DNA from: a virus
Taxonomy: Duplodnaviria; Caudoviricetes
Virus record (IMG/VR): IMGVR_UViG_3300033075_001021
DNA length: 64,000 nt
Reading direction: 5' to 3' (one strand)
Made by a program: the position numbers and the translations under genes. Under the pieces are notes generated by a model. The model was not told the DNA's origin. It was given only the letters and a program-made list of their open reading frames with translations, and did not search any database. Of this stretch, positions 59,060 to 64,000 are shown in pieces. Position 1 is the stretch's first letter, and every line of letters starts with the position of its first letter.

Positions 59060-59105
59060 ACCTGGTTTTTTACAAGTATATGAAAAAAAAATGAAAGTGT
59101 CAAAT

Positions 59106-59696
59106 TTATTGTAAAACCCCTCTTTTAAGGAGTAAAATTCTTTGACATTTTGCTTTAATATCTAAAATGTCATCATCTGATAATTGAATATTATCAGCCG
59201 TGGAAATCAAAGACACACAACCATCTACCAATGAACTACCAAGTCTAAAATTCCATGCTTCTTTAATACCATACATTCTGTGAGTTATTTTAATCCCATC
59301 ATCGTGATAGTCGTCATCAATTACAACATACCCCTTCGGTGTTTTTTCTAACTCCACCAGCATACTGGCAACTAAACTACATGGAATGTTTTGAAATTCT
59401 AATATGATTGGCTTAGTTATTTCATCGGTTGATTCATTTCTCATCGTTGCGTTTTTAAAACCAAATCCAGCCAACGATGTTGTACCATTATGATATTCAA
59501 TCAAAGAAACCCTATTGAAACCATATGTACTTCTTAGCTCAAAAAGAACTTTGTTAATTTCATCATCAACTTCTAACCTTTTACCAAAACGATTTTTTAT
59601 TTTTCTATTCTTAATTTGTTTAATAATAGGTGAGCTTAATAAAAAAATAACCATTGTTCCGATAATAGTTCCTAATGCTTCATAGATTTTTTCCAT
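59106..59696 (-). CDS. Single-TM protein with GAF-like domain, possible T4-T-type holin
   Basis: N-terminal TM then NRV...EYHNG. Confidence 0.45.
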   Translation of the reverse strand: MEKIYEALGTIIGTMVIFLLSSPIIKQIKNRKIKNRFGKRLEVDDEINKVLFELRSTYGFNRVSLIEYHNGTTSLAGFGFKNATMRNESTDEITKPIILEFQNIPCSLVASMLVELEKTPKGYVVIDDDYHDDGIKITHRMYGIKEAWNFRLGSSLVDGCVSLISTADNIQLSDDDILDIKAKCQRILLLKRGVLQ

Positions 59697-60469
59697 TACT
59701 GTTTTAAATTTTCTTTTAATTCCATTATTTTACTCATCTTTTCAAGAAAATTTTCTTGCGTTATCTCAACATTTTCTAATAGTTTTGATTTAACTGATGA
59801 CAATTTTTCCTTTGGAGTACTAGAATCGGACAACAATGTATCAATTAAAACAACACACTCATTAACAAGTGTTGAGTAAGTTTCTTTTTTCTCGTCAAGC
59901 GATGAACTAATTAGTTTCTTTAAAACAGTTTTATCACTTTCGTTTAGGTTAGAATATTTTTCATTGTATTTTTCAACCATTAATTTTGCCAAAACACTAA
60001 CAGGTAAATCAATTGATTCAACAATAGCTTTTGATTTTTCTTTTTGAATGTAAGTACTAAGCTTTTTCAATTCTTCAGTAATTACATTTATAGTTTTTGG
60101 TTGTCTTTTTGTAAAAATTAACTTTGAGATTGACTCATGAATTTGTGACATATTGGTTTCTTCGTCTAACCTTGACTGAAAACTACCTAACATATCAACA
60201 AGCTTTTTGTTCTCAGTTAATATGTCTTTTGGGTTGTATTTTTCTAAGAGTTTAATGTTTTCAGAAACAAAAATGCTGGCCAATATTGCATCGTTCTCAT
60301 ATTTGGTTTCAATATTATTATAAACCAAAAACTGAGTTTTTAATATTTCACTTTCTTTAATCGCCTTAATATAACGCTTAAATAATACTTTAGCGGAATC
60401 ATTTTTTGTGACAATTCCTTCCACTAAAACACTATTAAAAACATTTTTTATTTTGCCAAAATTTTGCAT
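59696..60469 (-). CDS. Hypothetical head-module protein
   Basis: Helical; late motif 60485-60492; directly downstream of portal. Confidence 0.65.
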   Translation of the reverse strand: MQNFGKIKNVFNSVLVEGIVTKNDSAKVLFKRYIKAIKESEILKTQFLVYNNIETKYENDAILASIFVSENIKLLEKYNPKDILTENKKLVDMLGSFQSRLDEETNMSQIHESISKLIFTKRQPKTINVITEELKKLSTYIQKEKSKAIVESIDLPVSVLAKLMVEKYNEKYSNLNESDKTVLKKLISSSLDEKKETYSTLVNECVVLIDTLLSDSSTPKEKLSSVKSKLLENVEITQENFLEKMSKIMELKENLKQ

Positions 60470-60513
60470 AATTTCAGTTTATAAATAAATATCAAAATTT
60501 TGGTAAAAAACAA

Positions 60514-62568
60514 TTAACTTCCAAGCATTTCGTCAATATCACGAATCATATTATTTACGCTCTCATTAATTTTTACGTTTTTATCGTAAATTTTGACATT
60601 TTCATTGGTTTTCTGCTCATGGTCAACGCCAGAAATTAATTTATTAATAAACCTATTTTGGTACCTTTCGGTTCTAGATTTAAGCTTTTCATTCAATTTC
60701 TTTTTCTCTTCCAATAAGAGCTTTTCCATTTTTTTGATTGTTTCAGCTGTTTGTTCTGGTGTTTCAGCTGTTTTTTCTTCAGCGGCACCCAATTCCTCAG
60801 CCGCACCAGTTTCACCACCAGCTTCAGTTGCAGCCTCACCACCAGCCACTTCTTCAGCTTCAGCACCTTCAGGACCACCAAAGTCCAAATCTTCTGGTGT
60901 TACGCCACCGCCACCAAAACCACCGCCGCCACCAACAGCGCCACCTGTTGCACCTTCCTCACCCTCTTGTGGTGGTGCACCGCCACCTTTAAGGGCCAAT
61001 TGGTAATCACCATAGATTCTATCAACGGTATCGAAAATACCAGTGTGTTTAATAACATTAGCCGTATTCTGCAATTCAGCAGCCGCAGCTTTTTCCATTC
61101 TTTGTTCGATGAAGTCTTGCTTAATTTCATTATCAGACCAACCTAAGATTTCTCTCTTAGCACGTGTCATTGACATAGGGGCAAAACCATTACCAATATC
61201 ACTAGTTGCATCTTTAAATAATGTAATTTTAAGCTGCAAGTGCTCAACTTTAAGCATTTCAGCTTGTGTTGACGGATTATTAAGGGTTAATGTAAAATTA
61301 TCAAGGTCATCTTCAAAACCCAACAAATACAAGTGTATAATAACAATTTTATTAAGTTCTTGTAACATAGCTTGTTGAATACGGTTAACCGTTCTTGAAA
61401 AACGAATATCTTGCAATGCAAGGTTTTTACCCTCACCAGTTGTTTCGTCAAAACCTAAAAATGGTTTTGGTACCCTCAATGCTGTAAACAATTTCTTTTG
61501 AAGATATTCAATATCAGCAATTTGGTCAAGGTTTGCAGCACCTGGCAAAGTATCAATTGGGCTAGGTGCATCTTCACTTCTAACAGGAATGAAGTAATCT
61601 TGGTCGTTAGATAATTGATTATATCTTAAATCAATCTGACCAGTTTGTGGGTCAATAACAGGAGTACGTTTAAATCTATTCGCAATTTCATTTACATATG
61701 CTTCAACGTCCTTGTCATCAATATTACCAACATAAATCTTATAAATTCTTCTTTCTGGGGCCCTTGTTACACGATAAACAAGCATAGCGTCTTCAGATAA
61801 AATAAGCTGCTTCCAAATTCTTCTAGCCTTTTCAAGCATTGAAGTACCATATGGTAATCTTCTATCATCACCTAATAATCTAAAGTGGGCCATTTGCCAT
61901 GAATTAAATTCAACATCACGCCCCCTCCAATAAAACTTAACCTTATCAGTTTGATAATCCTCATCAGTTCTTTGTGTCAACATATCAAATAACCCACCAT
62001 CACGTCGTTCCATTTCATAGTTAGGCATTTGTTTAGCACCAATAACACCATTTTTATCATCAATATTTAGATATACAAAATTATCACCATATTTACAAGT
62101 ATTTCTAGTCCACATTGGAAGAGATGTATGTATATCCAATCTATTAAATAAAAGGTCTTCAATAATGGTTTTTACTCTTTTTGAATCAGAATAAACATTA
62201 ATCATTCTACCGTTTGAATTTAATGTAGTAGATTCTTCCATCATAATATCTAACGCAGCCGCAATTTCTGGATAAAATTCCATAGCCTCAAAGTCGGAAT
62301 ATGAACCAATTCTAGTTGTTTCATAGTTAACCGCTTGTTGGAAAAGTCCGTTTTCAACCTTCCTCCACATGGAACCAAGATATTTGTTTTGCTGAGCTTG
62401 AAGCTTAGCCATTTCATATTCTTTCTTATCTTGGGTTTTTAAAAGAACTTCCTTACCAGCCTTATATCTAGGGACCTGTTGTTGAGGTTGTTCAACCTTT
62501 GTTTTAACACCATCTGGGCCTAAAATCATACCCAGTTTTTGGAAAATTGTTAAATTCTGTTTTGCCAT
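60514..62568 (-). CDS. Portal protein, T4 gp20-like
   Basis: YPEIAAALDI, CKYGD, EDAMLVYRVTRAPERRIYKIYVGN, DYFIP.R, I.TLPGA.NL, LF.ALRVP. Confidence 0.95.
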   Translation of the reverse strand: MAKQNLTIFQKLGMILGPDGVKTKVEQPQQQVPRYKAGKEVLLKTQDKKEYEMAKLQAQQNKYLGSMWRKVENGLFQQAVNYETTRIGSYSDFEAMEFYPEIAAALDIMMEESTTLNSNGRMINVYSDSKRVKTIIEDLLFNRLDIHTSLPMWTRNTCKYGDNFVYLNIDDKNGVIGAKQMPNYEMERRDGGLFDMLTQRTDEDYQTDKVKFYWRGRDVEFNSWQMAHFRLLGDDRRLPYGTSMLEKARRIWKQLILSEDAMLVYRVTRAPERRIYKIYVGNIDDKDVEAYVNEIANRFKRTPVIDPQTGQIDLRYNQLSNDQDYFIPVRSEDAPSPIDTLPGAANLDQIADIEYLQKKLFTALRVPKPFLGFDETTGEGKNLALQDIRFSRTVNRIQQAMLQELNKIVIIHLYLLGFEDDLDNFTLTLNNPSTQAEMLKVEHLQLKITLFKDATSDIGNGFAPMSMTRAKREILGWSDNEIKQDFIEQRMEKAAAAELQNTANVIKHTGIFDTVDRIYGDYQLALKGGGAPPQEGEEGATGGAVGGGGGFGGGGVTPEDLDFGGPEGAEAEEVAGGEAATEAGGETGAAEELGAAEEKTAETPEQTAETIKKMEKLLLEEKKKLNEKLKSRTERYQNRFINKLISGVDHEQKTNENVKIYDKNVKINESVNNMIRDIDEMLGS

Positions 62569-62612
62569 AATTTGTTTTTAAAAAGATACTAGTTTTATTG
62601 ATAAAATAAAGA

Positions 62613-62861
62613 CTATTTTACATAGTCACATGCCACATATGCCAACCTTTTTGGCTCGGCTATATCAACAACTAGATTATACACATAAGTACAGTTCCAA
62701 TCTTCACCATTTGAATTTGCAGTAGCATTACAGAATCTTTGTGATTTCTTATTTCCAATACTACCACCAACGTTTTTAGTTACATTTTTCTCTGGACACC
62801 AAGTGTATAGATAATTATCATAGGTTTTTCGTGTGAAACAACCTCTCTTTTGGGCTCTCAT
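62613..62861 (-). CDS. Small Cys-containing hypothetical protein
   Basis: 82-aa ORF between terminase and portal. Confidence 0.55.
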   Translation of the reverse strand: MRAQKRGCFTRKTYDNYLYTWCPEKNVTKNVGGSIGNKKSQRFCNATANSNGEDWNCTYVYNLVVDIAEPKRLAYVACDYVK

Positions 62862-62872
62862 AATTGTACGTT

Positions 62873-64000
62873 TTATCTTGTTCCACTAAACAACCACATA
62901 TATTGCCCTGTTGGGTCTTGCATATTTTTAGATACAATTGGGTTAAATTTAGGAGTTGCTGTTGCGGTTTTATGTCTATTTTGTTGTGAAACAAATCCGT
63001 TTCCACGTGGAACCTCTGGCTGAGCTGAAGGTGTAGCTGCTATCCAACTACCCAACATTGCTTTTGTTTGACGCTCTAATTTCTCAAGCTTTTTGAATGA
63101 ATGCTCAAGCACCCATAAACACATAGCTAATGCAAAAATTAAATCATCATGATAACCATCCATATGGTCAGGCCTACCATTTTTATAAACAAATGTTTTC
63201 ATTTCCGATGTCATTCTTACAGACCTAATTTTAACTTGATTCATTCTGATTTTTTCTTCAAAGTTTGCAATCATCGCAAGACGTATACTACTTACTTGAA
63301 GGCCTGGTATTTTATTGTCTTTTTTATATTGTTCGATTTGTTTTTGTTTACTTGAAAGAATCTTACTATTTGGCGTTTCATAATGTAAACGCTTATAATC
63401 AAATTCAAGAAGCTTTAATACTGTAGAAACACCCATACCACCAGTAATATCAACTACTGTATAGGCTTTATATAATTCACCATACTCTTCAACTAACTGG
63501 GCTAAAAGGTCTGGTTGTATCTTACCCTTATATTCCATAACTTCTTCCATGGTAGTGAAATCCAATATTACAATTGTCGATGAGTCCTCACCATCACCTC
63601 TTGATACGTCGACACCCATGATGTATTGATGACCCTCTTGAGGTTCTTCCCAAATCCATATTTTACCGTTTTCACCAGCAGTATATTTTGGGTCACAAAC
63701 ATTTTCTTTTTCATGCATTGCAATGTCAGCCTCACTAATCACATTACCACCAGAACCAATAAAGGATACATCCAACTCTTGAGCAATCATTCTAGCATCG
63801 TTGTTCATACCTAAACACATTTGCTCATACCATGTAGACGTTGGTTTATAATTAGCATCAATCATTCTTTTATATGAATCGAATGTAAATTCAATCTCTT
63901 CAATTACTTCATCACCTTTAATCCATCTCAGGTCTTTGTTGTAACGAAGGTCTTCATACCATTTCATCTCAACAATGTTAAAGTTATTATCACGTTCCTT
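62873..64000 (-). CDS. Terminase large subunit, C-terminal nuclease part (5'-truncated by window edge)
   Basis: Frame open to 64000; AQELD..F.GSG, MGVDVSRGDGEDSS, GYHDDL. Confidence 0.9.
   Translation of the reverse strand, partial: KERDNNFNIVEMKWYEDLRYNKDLRWIKGDEVIEEIEFTFDSYKRMIDANYKPTSTWYEQMCLGMNNDARMIAQELDVSFIGSGGNVISEADIAMHEKENVCDPKYTAGENGKIWIWEEPQEGHQYIMGVDVSRGDGEDSSTIVILDFTTMEEVMEYKGKIQPDLLAQLVEEYGELYKAYTVVDITGGMGVSTVLKLLEFDYKRLHYETPNSKILSSKQKQIEQYKKDNKIPGLQVSSIRLAMIANFEEKIRMNQVKIRSVRMTSEMKTFVYKNGRPDHMDGYHDDLIFALAMCLWVLEHSFKKLEKLERQTKAMLGSWIAATPSAQPEVPRGNGFVSQQNRHKTATATPKFNPIVSKNMQDPTGQYMWLFSGTR

Noticed and set aside
1-64000. Stop-codon reassignment as in some large phages
   Set aside because: Core genes are intact in code 11, and TAG and TGA both end genes at sensible operon junctions

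Overview
The window is a 64 kb, AT-rich segment of a large T4-like (myovirus-type, probably jumbo) bacteriophage, read in standard code 11. The host is probably a Bacteroidota member, judging from TAnnTTTG promoter elements and the lack of obvious Shine-Dalgarno sites. Left to right it contains: gp14- and gp13-like neck genes flanking an SNF2 helicase and a glutaredoxin; a family B DNA polymerase; a minus-strand fibre/adhesin cluster (collagen-like, beta-helix and S74-chaperone proteins); a late operon with a WYL-domain protein; about 21 kb of glycosyltransferase, sugar-nucleotide and nucleotide-metabolism genes; a gp55-like sigma factor; a gp5-like spike; three free-standing homing endonucleases; and the head module (major capsid, scaffold, prohead protease, portal, partial large terminase). 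Main leads: (1) a candidate phage-encoded virion O-glycosylation system, with about 10 glycosyltransferase genes and a recurrent [S/T]-[G/A]-x-T motif that I found in virion proteins but not in the helicase or polymerase; (2) two GIY-YIG endonuclease insertions that each repair their target gene by supplying a recoded terminus (one 5', one 3'), leaving the displaced original end visible; (3) a zinc-ribbon gene transcript with a three-way-junction leader and perfectly complementary 14-nt ends; (4) an ATATTTAT late promoter motif; (5) apparent GATC avoidance. All calls come from manual reading; no searches were run.
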